From the human T2T-CHM13v2.0 reference genome, Homo sapiens, in assembly GCF_009914755.1 (NCBI RefSeq), contig NC_060926.1: 64,000 nucleotides of DNA; one strand, written 5' to 3'. Numbering within the stretch: position 1 is the stretch's first letter; every line of letters begins with the position of its first letter. The notes beneath the pieces were generated by a model, which worked only from the letters and a program-made list of their open reading frames with translations, was not told the origin of the DNA and made no database searches. Of the stretch, positions 46,714 through 59,884 are shown one piece after another. The position numbers and the translations under genes were made by a program.

Positions 46714-48927
46714 CAGGCAAACTTCATTTTACTGTGCTTCACTTTATTGCATTTTTTACAAATTGAAGGTTTATGAAACTCTTACATCAAGCCAGTCTAT
46801 CAGTGCCATTTTTCTAATAGTATGTGCTTACTTCATATCTTTGAGTCTCTTGCTATATTTCAATCATTTCCATCATTATTTTATCAGCAAGGTGATCTTT
46901 GATCAGCAATCTTTAATATAAGTGTTTTGGGGCACCATGAACTACACTCAAATAAGATAGCAAACTTAATTGATAAATGTTATATATGTTTCTGACTGCT
47001 TCACCAACTTGCAGATCCCTCATTCTCTTGGGGCTCCTTATTCCTTGAGGCAACGATGTTGACATTAGTCCACTTAATAACCCTACAATAGATTTGAATG
47101 TTCATTGAAAAGGACAGTGACATGTCTCTCACTTTAAATCAAAAGGTAGAAATGATGCTTAGTGAGGAATGCATGTCAAAAGCCGAGACAGGCCAAAAAC
47201 TAGGCACCAAACAGCCAAGTTGTGAATGCAAGAGAAAATTTCTTTAGAGAAATCAAAAGTGCTACTTCAGTGAACTCATGAATGGCAAGAAAGAGAAATA
47301 GCCTTATTGTTGATGTGAACAAAGCTTTAGTGGTCTGGATTAAAGATGAAATCAGTCACAAAAATTCCTCAAGCCAAAGCCTAATCCAGGGCAAGGCCCT
47401 GATTATTTTCAATTCTGTCAGAACTCAGAGAGGTGAGAAAGCTGCAGAAAAAAAAATCTGAAGCTTGTATAGGTTTATTCACGAGATTTAAGGAAAATAA
47501 AAACCATGTCTATAACATAAAAACACAAGATGTATCAACAAGTTCTGGTGCAGAAGTTGTAGCAAGTTATCCAGATTTGACTAAGATCATTGATGAAGGC
47601 AACTACCCTAAACAGATTTTCAGTGTAGATGAAACAACTTCCTATTGAAAGTAGATGCCATTTATGACTTTCATAGCTAGAAAGGAGAAGTAAAGTCCTG
47701 GTTTCAAAGCTTCAAAGGACAGGCTGACTCTCTTGTTAGGAGCTAAAGAAGCTGGTGATTTTAAATTGGAGCCAATGCTTATTTACTATTCCAAAAACTT
47801 TAGGGCCCTTCAGAATTGTCTACTCTGCCTGTCCTCTGCAAATGGAACAACAAAGTCTGGATGGCAGCACATCTGTTTACAGCATGGTTTACTGAATATT
47901 TCAAGCCCACTGTTGAGACCTACTGCTCATAAAAAAATGTATATATTCCTTTCAAAATATTACTGCTCATTGACAAAGCATCTTGTTACCCAAGAACTCT
48001 GATGGAGATGTACAAGAGGATTGATGTTGTTTTCATGCCTCGTAATACAATATCCTTTCTGCATCCCATGAATCAAGAAGTCATTTTGGCTTTCAAGTCT
48101 TATTATTTACAAAATATATTTTGTACAGCTGTAGCTGTAGATAATGATTCCTCTGAAGGGTCTGTGAAAAATAAACAGAAAACCTTCTGGAAAGGATTCA
48201 CCACTAGATGCCTCTGAGAACATTCACAACTCCTGGGAGGAGGTCAAAATATCAACATCCACAGGAGTTTAGAAGAAGTTTATTGCAACCTTCATGAATG
48301 AATTTGAGGGCTGAAGACTTCAGTGGAGGATGTAACTGCAAGTATGATAGAATAGCAAGATAACTAGAATTAAAAGTATAGCCTGAAGATGTGACTGAAT
48401 TGCTCTAATATTATGAAGAGTTATTTCTTATGGATGAGGGAAAAAAGTGGTTTCTTCAAGTGGAAACTACTCCTGGTAAATATGCTGTGGACCTTGTTGA
48501 AATGACAACAAAAATTTAGAATATTATTACATCAACTTCACTGATAAAGCAGTAGCAGGTTTTGAAAGGATTTATTCCAATTTTTAAAAAATTTCATTGT
48601 GGATAAAATGTTATCAAACAGCACTGTATACCACAAAAAATATTTTGTTAAAAGAAACAAAAAAAAATAAGAAAACTCTTAATTAAGGTATGTACACTTA
48701 ATTAAGTGTACATTAATGTACATTGTTTTTTAGATATGATGCTATATTGCACACTCAGCAGACTACACTACAGTATAGTATAAACATAACTTTTATATAC
48801 TTAGTGCATGCAACAGTCATGTATAGCATACCTGGACCAGCATACCTTGAAGATATTGCAAGTTCAATTCCAGATCACTGCAATAAAATTAATTTTGCAA
48901 TAAAGTGAGTCACATGTATATTTTTGG
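46714..48927 (+). mobile_element. Near full-length Tigger1 DNA transposon, right terminus inverted
   Basis: TA then left TIR caggcaaacttcattttactgtgcttcactttattgc; ttttttacaaattgaaggttt; transposase remnants inside. Confidence 0.95.
47140..48520 (+). pseudogene. Disrupted Tigger1 (pogo-type DDE) transposase
   Basis: Frameshifted ORF pieces 'IIDEGNYPKQIFSVDETT', 'LGAKEAGDFKLEPMLIY', 'VVFMPRNTISFLHPMNQEVILAFKSYY' match pogo/Tigger catalytic motifs; multiple stops. Confidence 0.9.
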
Positions 48928-48939
48928 ATCATTACTTAG

Positions 48940-51835
48940 TTTTTCAGTGGGCCTGCCTGCAGAGTCACAGATGGCCATGACTCCCAGTGGTTCCATGAGT
49001 AGGCAGGACTACTTGAACAGCACGGGTAAGAGGGACTGAATCTGGGTTTCAGGGACATTTCATGATCTTAGGTGGGATGGAGATTGGCAAGCCTGCCTCA
49101 GGAACACAGATGGGTTTGTCTCCGAGCAGGTCCCTGTTGAAGGCAAGGCTGCTCTCAGACCAGCTGAGAGGAGTGACAGCCAAGCTATAGGGCCATTTAA
49201 GGGTCCACACCTGGGACCAAGATCAGTGGGCCTGTCACCTGAGGCACCTGTGGTGTATTAGTCCATTTTCATGCTGCTGGTAAAGACATACTTGAGACTG
49301 GGAAGAAAAAGAGGTATAATTGGACTTACAGCTCTGCATGGCTGGGGAGGCCTCAGAATCATGGTGGGAGGTGAAAGGCACTTCTTACATGATGGCAGTA
49401 AGAGAAAAAATGAGGAAGATAAAAAAGCAGAACCCCCTGATAAACCCATCAGACCTTGTGAGACTTATTCACTATCACAAGAATAGCATGGGAAAGACTG
49501 GCCCCCGTGATTCAGTTACCTCCCCTGGGTCCCTCCACACGTGGGAATTCTGGGAGATACATTTCAAGATGAGATTTGGGTGGGGACACAGCCAAACCAT
49601 ATCGTTCCACCCAGACCCCTCCAAATCTCATGTCCTCACATTTCAAATCCACTCATGCTTTCCCAACAGTCTCCCAAAGTCTTAACTCATTTCAGCATTA
49701 ACCCAAAAGTCCACAGTCCAAATTCTCATCTTAGACAAGTCAAGTCCGTCCCACCTATGAGCCTATAAAATCGAAAACAAACTAGTTACTTCCTAGAGAT
49801 GATGAGGCTACAGGTATTTGGTAAATACAGCTGTTCCAAATGGGAGAAATTGGCCAAAACAAAGGGGTTACAGGGCCCATGCAAGTCCAAAATCCAGCAG
49901 GGCTGCCAAATTTTAAAGCTCCAAAATGATCTCCTTTGACTCCAGGTATCACCTCCAGTTTACACTAATGCAAAAGGTGGGTTCCCATGGTCTTGGGCAA
50001 CTCCGCCCCTATGACTTTGCAGGGTACAGCCTCCCTCCCAACTGCTTTCACAGGCTGGTGTTGAGTGTCTGCAGATTTTTCAGGTGCACGATGCAAGCTG
50101 TTGGTGGATCTACCATTCTGGGGTCTGGAGGACAGTGGCCTTCTTCTCACAGCTCCACTAGGCAGTGCCTCAGTAGTGACTCTGTGCAGGGGCTCCAACC
50201 CCACATTTCCCTTCCGCACTGCCCTAGCAGAAGTTCTCCATGAGGGCCCTGCCCCTGCAGCAAATTTTGCCTGGGCATCCAGGAATTTCCATACATCTTC
50301 TGAAATCTAGGTGGAGGTTCCCAAACTTCAGTTCTTGACTTCTGCGCACCCACAGGCTCAACACCCCATGTAAGCTGCCAGGGCTTGGGGCTTCCATCCT
50401 CTGAAGCCACAGCCTGAGCTCTACATTGGTCCCTTTCAGCCATGGCTGGAGTGGCCGGGACACAGGGCACTAAGTCCCTAGGCTGCACACAGAACAGGGA
50501 CCCTGGGCTCGGCCCACAAAACTACTTTTTCCTCCTAGGCCTCTAGGCCTGTAATGGGAGGGGCTGCAGTGAAGGTCTGTGACATGGCCTGGAGACATTT
50601 TCCCCATGATCTTGTGGATTAACATTAGGCTTCTTGCTACTTTCGCAAATTTCTGCAGCTGGCTTGAATTTCTCCTCAAAAAAAAAAAAAGAGGGGGGGG
50701 GTTTTCTTTTCTACTGCATCATCTGGCTGCAAATTTTCTGAACTCTTATGCTCTGCTTCCCTTTTAAAATGGAAAGCTTTTAACAGCATCCATGTCACCT
50801 TTCGAATGCTTTGCTGCTTAGAAATTTCTTCTACCAGATACCATATATCATCTCTCTCAAGTTCAAAGTTCCACAAATCTCCAGGGCAGGGTAAAATGCC
50901 ACCAGTTTCTTTGCTAAAACATAACAAAAGTCACCTTTGCTCTAGTTCCCAACAAGTTCTTCATGTCCATCTGAGACCAACTCAGCCTGGACCTTATTGT
51001 TCATATCACTATCAGTGTTTTTGTCAAAGCCATTAAACAAGTCTCTAGGAGTTTCCAAACTTTCCTGCATTTTCCTGTCTTCTTCCGAGCCCTCCAATTT
51101 GTTCCAACTTTTGCCTGTTACCCAGTTCCAAAGTCACTTCCACGTTTTCAGGTATCTTTTCAGCAATGTCCCACTCTACTGGTATCAATTTACTGTATTA
51201 ATCCATTTTCACACTGCTGATAAAGACATACCCAAGACTGGAAAGAAAAAGAAGTTTAGTTGGACTTACAGTTCTGCGTGGCTGGGGAGGCCTCAGAATC
51301 ATGGCAGGAGGCGAAAGGCACTTCTTACATGGATGTAGCAAGAGAAAAAATTAGGAAGATGCAAAAGCGGAAACCTCTGATAAACTTATCAAATCTTGTG
51401 GGACTTATTCACTATCACGAGAAGAGCATGGGAAAGACCTGCCCCAATGATTTAATTACCTCTTCTTGCATTTCTCACACAACATATGAGAATTCTGGGA
51501 GATACAATTCAAGTTGAGATTTGGGTGGCGAGACATGCAAACCCTATCATGAGGACATAACTTTTGGGTCCCTTGGCTGATGGTTCTGAAAGCAGGACCA
51601 TGGTCAATCAGGGTTGCAGGGGAGTCCACATGGGGTCTAGAGCTGGGACCATGGTTGGTAGCCCTGCCTGAGCACATTTATGCTCTCTCCAAATGGCTTT
51701 CCTAGGTTTTGGATTCCACTGGCATTTCACCACCCCCTACCTGAATTCCAGTCCCCACGAAGACCCTTTTGTACATGGACAGCTGTTGTGGAATATGAGT
51801 GCAGAACTACTATTCTGCCACCTTACTGATGCCCT
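48940..51835 (-). mobile_element. L1M 5'UTR-like segment (48940-49253 and 51550-51835) split by THE1C
   Basis: GC-richer repeated 'tgggcctgcctg' motifs; ends 'tattctgccaccttactgatg', similar to antisense L1M 5' starts. Confidence 0.6.
49254..51549 (-). mobile_element. Full-length THE1C ERVL-MaLR provirus (3' LTR 49254-49604, internal 49605-51193, 5' LTR 51194-51549)
   Basis: Two direct LTRs tgtatta...gaggcctcagaatcatgg...gagatttgggtgg...tatc(g/a); ~1.6-kb THE1 internal sequence; TSD tgtgg (49249-49253) / tgagg (51550-51554). Confidence 0.96.
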
Positions 51836-52064
51836 GTTTGTTTTCAATTCTTCATTCCTTTCCTTTTATAAAATTTAACATCCATATGCTTTGTCATATA
51901 ATTTTCAGTTCTTCTCATGATTGGCAATCTTGATCTCCTGTTGTACCAATTTTGATCTTAGCCATGTGATTTTTTTTTTTTCCAAGTGTACATTGCTGAC
52001 ATGGCTCAAGGGCAGTCTTTATTTGGCCAAGTTTGGCTTTCTCTCTTATGCTCCTGTAATCTGT

Positions 52065-52321
52065 AGTGAGAAGAATATGGCCCAGGTAGCTACTGGCTCA
52101 ATAAAAATAAGAATATGGCCCAGGTAGCTACTGGCTAAATAAAAATAAAAAAACATATTGAGCAGATAAGTAGCCAGTCTGAAGCCTGAAGCCAGGCATG
52201 GTAAAGCCACAGCTGATCCATGGACCTGTGAACAGGAGAAGAAACTTTTATTGTTATAAGACACTGGTGTTTTGAGGATGTTTGCTATGCAGTTTTATTA
52301 CAGCAAAATTTGATTCATACG
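52065..52321 (+). mobile_element. MLT1 (I/J-like) LTR 3' fragment with 38-bp tandem duplication
   Basis: gagaagaatatggcccaggtagctactgg...ttgttataagacactgg...tttgctatgcag...tgattcatac. Confidence 0.75.
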
Positions 52322-53534
52322 TTATCTTTTTCATTTCGTTTTTTAGGTCATGCCAATTCCCAGTACATTAAATTATATCTGAAATGTAATTTTCGTATAT
52401 GACTAAAGTTATTTTTAAATATAGTTCTCTAGGACTTTGAACTATAGTTAATATTGATTAGTAGTTAATAATCTAAGATTTTAAAAATAGTAACCATGTG
52501 GCTGTCATTGTGGTAGACTATCCTGGAGAGAGAGAGAAAAAAAGAAAACATTCGAAGTTCGATAAATTTGGTTTCCAACTGAGAACACACCATAGGTTCT
52601 TCATGAGTTCATGTTTCCCAGGCATGCTCCAGAACTCAGAGACAGGAGAGACTGGAGGAGGCAGGAAAAGTGGCATAGCGGATGCAGATATTGAGTTGGA
52701 CATAAAGGAGAGGGTTTTTTTCAGCAGTGCCACTTGAATTCTAAAGCACTTTTGCTATACAGATACTGTCTATGAAAAGCATAGGAGTCATTATTCATGG
52801 CCTGATTCTTGTATTTGTCCCAGGCTCAAGGAAAGGCTACTGGCAAGAAAACCTTCGGGCTTTGATCCAATTTATCTTCTGAATATTGTTATATTGTTTT
52901 GTCTTTAATGAGTCAAAGTGACACTTTACATTGAAAGTGAAAAGGGGAAGGGAAAGGGGGAAGTCCACTGATTTACTGTTTTATTAGATTTCTGATTGGA
53001 GACAGGGATGAGCTGTGTGGCCTTACACGTAAAATTGCCCATCTTTCACCTCTGAAGTTTTTAGATTGGAAGTTGGTGACTTATTTGTCCTAAGTCTGTC
53101 AGGCTCAGTAATTGCCGATATAGCGCATCCAAGGGGAAATGGGAAGCAAATGCTGGAGGAATTCTGAGTAGTTACATTCAAGGTATTATCGTTCTCAACC
53201 TTTTAACTGTATCTCATCAGTGAAGGAAAGAAGGAAAGAATACAGGAAGGGGGACAGGGAGTGGGGTTAGAGAGAAAATAGAGGACAGACACCTCTTGAA
53301 CAATTACTGTATGACAGGCCCATATCAGATACTTCATGATATATGAACTACACTTGGTGGATTCTCATGTTGTAACTGAAAGCTGTTCATTATTAGATGT
53401 AGTTCACAGATAATGAGTTAATAAAATAAATTGCTTAGTGTGAAGCTAATAAATTGCTTAGTGTGAAGCTAATAAAAACATATATTTAAATGTGAATAAA
53501 AAAATTCTTAAAAATAATAATCCAATTTAAACTT

Positions 53535-53675
53535 TGTAACAACTGTTTGAAGATATTATTAATCAGTTTTAGAGGAAACAGGTTTATGTTTAACATGTGC
53601 AATGTCACATAGCTTATAAATGGCAGAGCCCAACTCACACTGGGAGTTGTCTAATTGCAAAGTTCCAAATTTTCT
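53535..53675 (-). mobile_element. MIR fragment
   Basis: agaggaaacagg...aatgtcacatagcttataaatggcagagcc. Confidence 0.6.
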
Positions 53676-54497
53676 ACTTCTAATTAACCAATAGATTTAT
53701 ATTTAATGAGATTAGAAAGGTAAAACTCACTTATTTCTGGAATATGTTTTAGAAAAAAGGTACAGTTGGTAGTTGTGATTGATTTTGGACAGTACGGTCT
53801 CTGAGTTGGTTCATACATTTTACCTAATTTAAATAATGTCCAAGCCATTTTTTGTTTTCACAGTTGTTACAATATAAAATCCGTCTTTCCTACCTCTCAA
53901 CTAACCACTAATTGCATTTCTCCTATTTAGCAGATACCTACTTCTGTCAACTCAACCAGTTCCCCCTTCTGCTAAAAAAGCAAAGTTTTGGTGGCAATTA
54001 AGAATAATTGTTGCAATTTCTCCACCTACCTAACTCTGGCCTCCAGCAGAGCAGTGCATCTCATTACCCTTTGAAGAAAAGAATTTTGAAAGAAAAATTT
54101 ATCTCTCAAAAAACAAACACCATTGAGTTTAGGATCCAGTAATCTTTGTTAAGTCTCTCTCTGGCTAAAACAAAATAGATGATGTATCAAGTCACAGAAA
54201 AAGTGGAATACAAAGTTATTTTCCTCAGCCAAGTGTCAAACACTAGAGGAATATGTGAGGAGGGCAGGGTAGCAACTATATTTTATGAACTGAGAAGTGT
54301 GCCCAAAGTATTCTTCAAGTTTTACCTAAATTAAAATTCCAGGATTGAGTAATTTCTTTGGGTTATCCATTCATAATCAAAAGTCCTCATTAAAATGAAA
54401 ATTCTCTGTGAAGTGGGGAAGTGTTAGTTGTGTGCATATTTATGTACACGTGGAGGGTGGGATCTGTTTGTATTTGTGTTGAGGGGAAAGTTATTAA

Positions 54498-54878
<381 letters not shown>

Positions 54879-57029
54879 AGTACTGGTATGTTTTTATTGA
54901 TTAAGTTCTAGAAGTCTTTTCTCTCTGGCTGGCTTTCACCTAAATTCTCATCAACTTCACTAGTTGGTTTGAAATTTCTCTACCTTGGTTTCCATCTAAT
55001 TAGAGTGGGATCATAATGTAGTAAAGTGTTAAAAAAATAAAAGCCAAAACCTCATGTTTTCAAGAACTGGTACAGAAGATTAGAATGAAAAAATCGAATA
55101 AAAACAAACACTTTATTAACTCTATCAAGATTTTATCCTAATGATGTTTCAGTTGCCATTTATAAATATACAAGTATACAGTATACTTATCAATATTTAT
55201 TTCCACCAACTTTTAGCTATAAACATAGCTCTTGGCATTTAATCTGAAGGTAAAATGAATATTACTCCAGTGATTAGCAAGAAGTCTTCTTGCTTCAAAA
55301 CACTTCATAACCTCCCTTCTTATATCTTCACCATTTGAGACACCAGATAATTAGAAAAGACAAGGACTTTATATTGTGGTAAAATAATTCATTGTTACAG
55401 CCCTCTCCAGTTGGAATTTGATCATGGACTAGCTTTATTTAGTCATGCCATTAGGTAGCTCATTTCATGGCCCTGATCAAACGAAATATAGGCTGAGAGG
55501 TGAGGGTCATAGGCAGGAAGCTGCTTTAGGGCTTTGAATCTGGGCTTATTGAGAGGACACACTTAAAGGTGGTCACGGGCATGGCTCAACACCAGACAAA
55601 CTCGTAGAAAGGGTCAGATCCAAAGGATCTGCAATCCAAACCTTTATTTTTTTTATGCAGATACCAAGGAAGTGAGTTTTATCCTTTGTGGTATCAGTTT
55701 CAAGTATTAGAAATGCCATCCTCTCTTCATCCTAAATTTCCTTAATAATACAATAAGATTTTGCAAATGTCAACACAATTTCCCTATTAGGCTAAAGTTG
55801 TTCCATATTAAATTCTCTTAAACTTTGGTGGCAAACTTCCAGTCCTTGTGTTCGGGGATTTAGTTTCTTATTTCATCTTTCTTGTTGTTTCACTTCAATC
55901 ATAACTTCAAACATGGCTTCATGTTCTCTTCTCTTAAACCCTAATCTTCTCAATTATCTTCATATAAAGGCTCCCAGTACCCTGTGCTAATCCTGTGGAC
56001 ATTTTATTTAGAACTCCATGGAACCTCTTTGACCTCTTCTGCATACCATGGCACTAAATATGAAGATGGGTGATTCTGGTAAGAGCCTCTGACAGGCAGA
56101 GAGGAAAACTGTTCCAGAATGAGGTGGCCAGGATGTTCTCATACTGCCTTGGGCTGTTCCATTGGGTTATTCTCCATCAGTAAAATTTACTGAATAATAG
56201 TGTTTGCAACTTGAAATTTGGAGCTGCTTGACTTCAAAAAAAGAGAGAGAAGGGAATAGAATCAAAATGAATTTTCATTGATGTGTGCTTTGTTTTTCCT
56301 TTGCAATTACCTCAAAAACAAGTTCTTGCCAATGAGTTCCCAAGTGCCTCCTCAGAGAACACAGAAACGCAGAAAGTAAGTACAGATATTATGTGTGCAG
56401 GTGAAGAATCAACTTCCCAAGGCAGTTTCTCCTGCCCTAATTAAGAGAAAATGTTAGAACAGGGCAGGAAAACACACATTTTCACGGCTGGATCTGGCTC
56501 CAGTGATCAAAGGCTTCCTCTTGGGGTAAACTATAATCATTTTTAGCCAATGGCTATTGGTTGGTAAAACTTAAAGCACAGTGATTTTTCAGGCAGAGCA
56601 GCTTGAATAGGGCTAAACAAAAGCTTATGCCAGGGTTTTAAAAGAAAAGAGGTGGTATGGTCACAGACTGTACTAGGGAAAAACATTCAATATAAAAGGA
56701 GAACAGGAAAGTAAATTTGAAATATGTGGCCAGTACGGACTACTTTTGGTATCATTAGGGAGGCTATGATTGATGAACTATTGTCTATCTGATATATCTG
56801 GTTAATATCCAGTGTGTCTGATTATCTCAGGTGTTATATAGTACTTAGCAATCCTCCCTCATAGGATAGTTCTTAGTATCAGAAATTTGCTTTCAAAAGC
56901 AGCAGCTTTGTATGAAAGTCCTGGTTATCAGTGTTCTTACTAAGTAAGACTTAAGCATGGCCTAACACATCCCTTGGAGAAAGTTCTAAACATGCCATGC
57001 AGGCTTTCTCAGCTTGTCTCACTTCTCAA

Positions 57030-57590
57030 TCCTCCAATCCAGTTTCTACCTTGCTATGTTCCCCAGGAGGCTTGAATTGCATCACCCTTATCCTCTGGCT
57101 TAAATTAGGCTGGGCCATTGGAGGGTGCTGGCAGTAGATTGTAAGCTAGGATGAAAGAGGGTTTAGAGTTTTTATTTTCCTTCCTTGTTTCCTGCCTCAG
57201 CTCTGTGATTCTGCCAGTAATCAATTGGGATTCTTATCAGGTGCTCTTTCTTTCCTGGCTCCGAACTCTCTCCGAGCAGCCTCCTAAAGGTGGTAAAGCT
57301 TTCCCCATTTCTGTCGGCATCCCCTTCCTTAAGATCTTCTTGTTTCAAAATTTGAGTGTGAATTTAGTTCTTATTGTGACTATGCCTGTTTTTGTTGTCA
57401 TTGTTGTTCTCATTGGGATTTTAAGACCTGGTAGTTATGTTGGGATCCCAGGACACAAAGGCAGAGGAAATTGTTAGCCCCTGCATCGGCTCTATAAGCA
57501 CCAATCCTCTTGTGTGCCCACTACATTCCCCCTTCCAACTTTACATGAAGTCCTCATCATTGGTATGTTGTCTTTGAGTTACCTCTGAAT
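57030..57590 (-). mobile_element. LTR16-like ERVL LTR
   Basis: cctctggctt...ggccattggagggtgctggcagtagattg...tttattttcc matches the LTR16 pattern; explains ORF 57151..57477. Confidence 0.6.
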
Positions 57591-57829
57591 GCCCCTGTTA
57601 AACTGCAACTCAGAAAATTGTAGCAAATTAAACTGAAGTAATTTCAGCTTGCCTTTATTTATCAAAGTGGTTTCTTTAATTTATGAGGGAGCAGTAATTC
57701 ATTCATTCATTCATCTATTTATTTACTTGTTCACGTGATTGCTTATAAATGTGTTCGGTAAGCTTGCAGTAGATACCCCTTTACCAGTCTCCTGATTGGT
57801 GGAAATCAAAAGGCACATTCTTCTTGCAC

Positions 57830-58135
57830 GGTGAAGAGTCCACTGAAAGCTGTTGTTACCACTACACCAGAAGGTGCAAGACAAGGAAACAAGCAGAGCC
57901 CAGAGAGCTCTAGTGCTGTGGACTCAGCCTAGCAGGAAGGAGCTGTGCTTGTAGAAGTATATAGCTTCTGCCAGAGGAGTAGTACCAAGGTAGAGAGGGA
58001 GTGGAAAGAATTGCTTCTATTTTTCTCTCCTTCCTCCCTCAAATTTCAAGAGGGTTACTCCTTTTGACTAAACTCAACATGAAGTCATAGGAGAAGGGAA
58101 TCTGGATGAGGCAGTTTATAGGGGTCAGGCCCTTG
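57830..58135 (-). mobile_element. LTR33-like ERVL LTR fragment
   Basis: ctctccttcctccctc...ctccttttgactaaactcaacatgaagtcataggagaagggaatc. Confidence 0.45.
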
Positions 58136-58482
58136 AAGAATAAAACTGAGCTGGATAAAGTAATTCTGGCTGTGTGGTAAACAGAAAATAATTTCCACAG
58201 CTTCAGAATGATGTAAGAGATGAATATATAGGTACTGATGAAGAAAGTAAGAGTTCTTTCTCAAAAACATAAGTATAAGAGACAAGACTAATAATGGTAT
58301 TTAATGCTGTTGACTCCACTAGTCACAACTATCTTCTTGGGAAAGTGTATTTCTTCTTTATACCAATACATTTTTGTTTAGACTTAAAGCAGACATTGAT
58401 AGCAAAATAGTTTTTTTGTTTTCATTCTTAGTTTGGATAGATAAGAAATTAGGTTTGTGTGTTCAAACGAGGCTATCTACAT

Positions 58483-59207
58483 TGTAGGAGAAGATTGCAT
58501 GTGTATCTCTCATCAGAAGAGACAGGCTTCTTTCCATTTCCTTGAGATTGCATTGCGGGAGAAATACAGAAACCTGAGGTTCCCCAGGTGGAGACCTCAT
58601 GGTTTGTCAGATTATTCAGTAGTTGGATTTCTAGAAGATATTTTGTTTTGAGGGTCTCCAGAACCATCCTCAAGCTTGATAATTCACTAGAGGAGCTCAC
58701 AGGACTTAGAAGTTGTTATGCCTACCATGTGGTTTATTACAGTGAAAGGATGCAATGTGAAATCAACAAAAGGAAGAAGCATATGGAGTGAAGTCTAGAG
58801 GAAAGAATTAGCAAGCCTTCAAGTATGGAGTCACATAGAATGCACTTAATTCTCCCCAGTAAAAATGTGTGACAACACGTGGGAAGTATTGATAAGAAGG
58901 GACACTCTTTTGAGCCTGATTTTTCTTGGTTTTTATTGGCGGTCAGTCACATAAGCCTGTACTACCTATGTGGATGTTTGTTGCTTAAGTTCCAGACTCC
59001 CAGAGAGAAGGTAGGCACTCAGAATAGATGACATTGATATAATGAACTACCTGAACAAACTGGCACAGAATGCTTCAAAAACACTCTTATCAGACAGCTC
59101 AGTTCCCAGGAGTCAGCTAAGGGCCTGTCATGGAAACAGGACTTTTTTGGGGAATGTGCAGGGTTTGAGCAACCCAGGCCTGCTGAATTAATTCTTTCTC
59201 ACATACA
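58483..59207 (-). mobile_element. MER21 (C-like) ERVL LTR
   Basis: gataattcactagaggagctcacaggacttagaag, ggtttattacagtgaaaggat, gcagggtttgagcaacccaggcctgctgaattaa. Confidence 0.85.
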
Positions 59208-59884
59208 TGTAAAAGTGCTGTATTTGGCTTTTTGATTCCTCTTCCAACGTGAGCAGCACTTCTGGAAAAATAATACTAAGTAACCCAAGTCTATACCTTC
59301 TTTAATTTGAAACTAGCCACAAACAAAATTCTGAGACTAATCATGTTGATGCTGTTGGCCCCAGATTCTCTTTTGTATCTTTTCTCCACCTTCACAACTC
59401 ACTTACTTTCTCATGATAGGTTCATTATAAGTTCAAGTTCTTTCTTCTTCCCGCATAAGCCCCATTTTCAGAGAGGCTTGGAGACTGCCACTCACCACTT
59501 AACAGTGAGCCGAAATCTCTCCTTTGTTTTTTCACAGGGAGTTTATACCTCAGTGTCAGCTCTTTCTGTCAAATGAACAGGTTTGCTCCATGGTAAATGG
59601 AGAAGAAAACCCCTGTGAAATCGTCATGTTGAATTGTCACTAATCCTAGCCCTCTGACTTAGCTAGTCTGATGTTTCATCTTGGACCCATTTTAAACTAT
59701 GTAGACATTGGTAACTTTGACTCCAAATGACTTTTCTGTTGGCTCTCAGGTCACTGCTATTCAAGCAGCTTAACTCAGGAAATCACTGCGCAATGATATC
59801 CCTAACGTGTTTATTGGGTACAACATATTTCTCTCCTCTTCCCTGTTATGAAACATAGTCACTAAACGTAGCCACTAAAATAAT

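Noticed and set aside
47433-48217. Domesticated TIGD-like transposase gene
   Set aside because: Multiple frameshifts and stops; an ordinary decayed Tigger1
49258-51517. Dense overlapping ORFs on both strands
   Set aside because: Explained by the higher GC content of the THE1C element; no gag/pol-length frame
52498-52737. Antiparallel ORFs (79 aa / 71 aa) in non-repeat sequence
   Set aside because: Non-ATG starts, no recognisable domain, no convincing splice-site pair
52071-53476. Short direct repeats as a CRISPR-like array
   Set aside because: Only two adjacent copies each, no spacers, no cas genes
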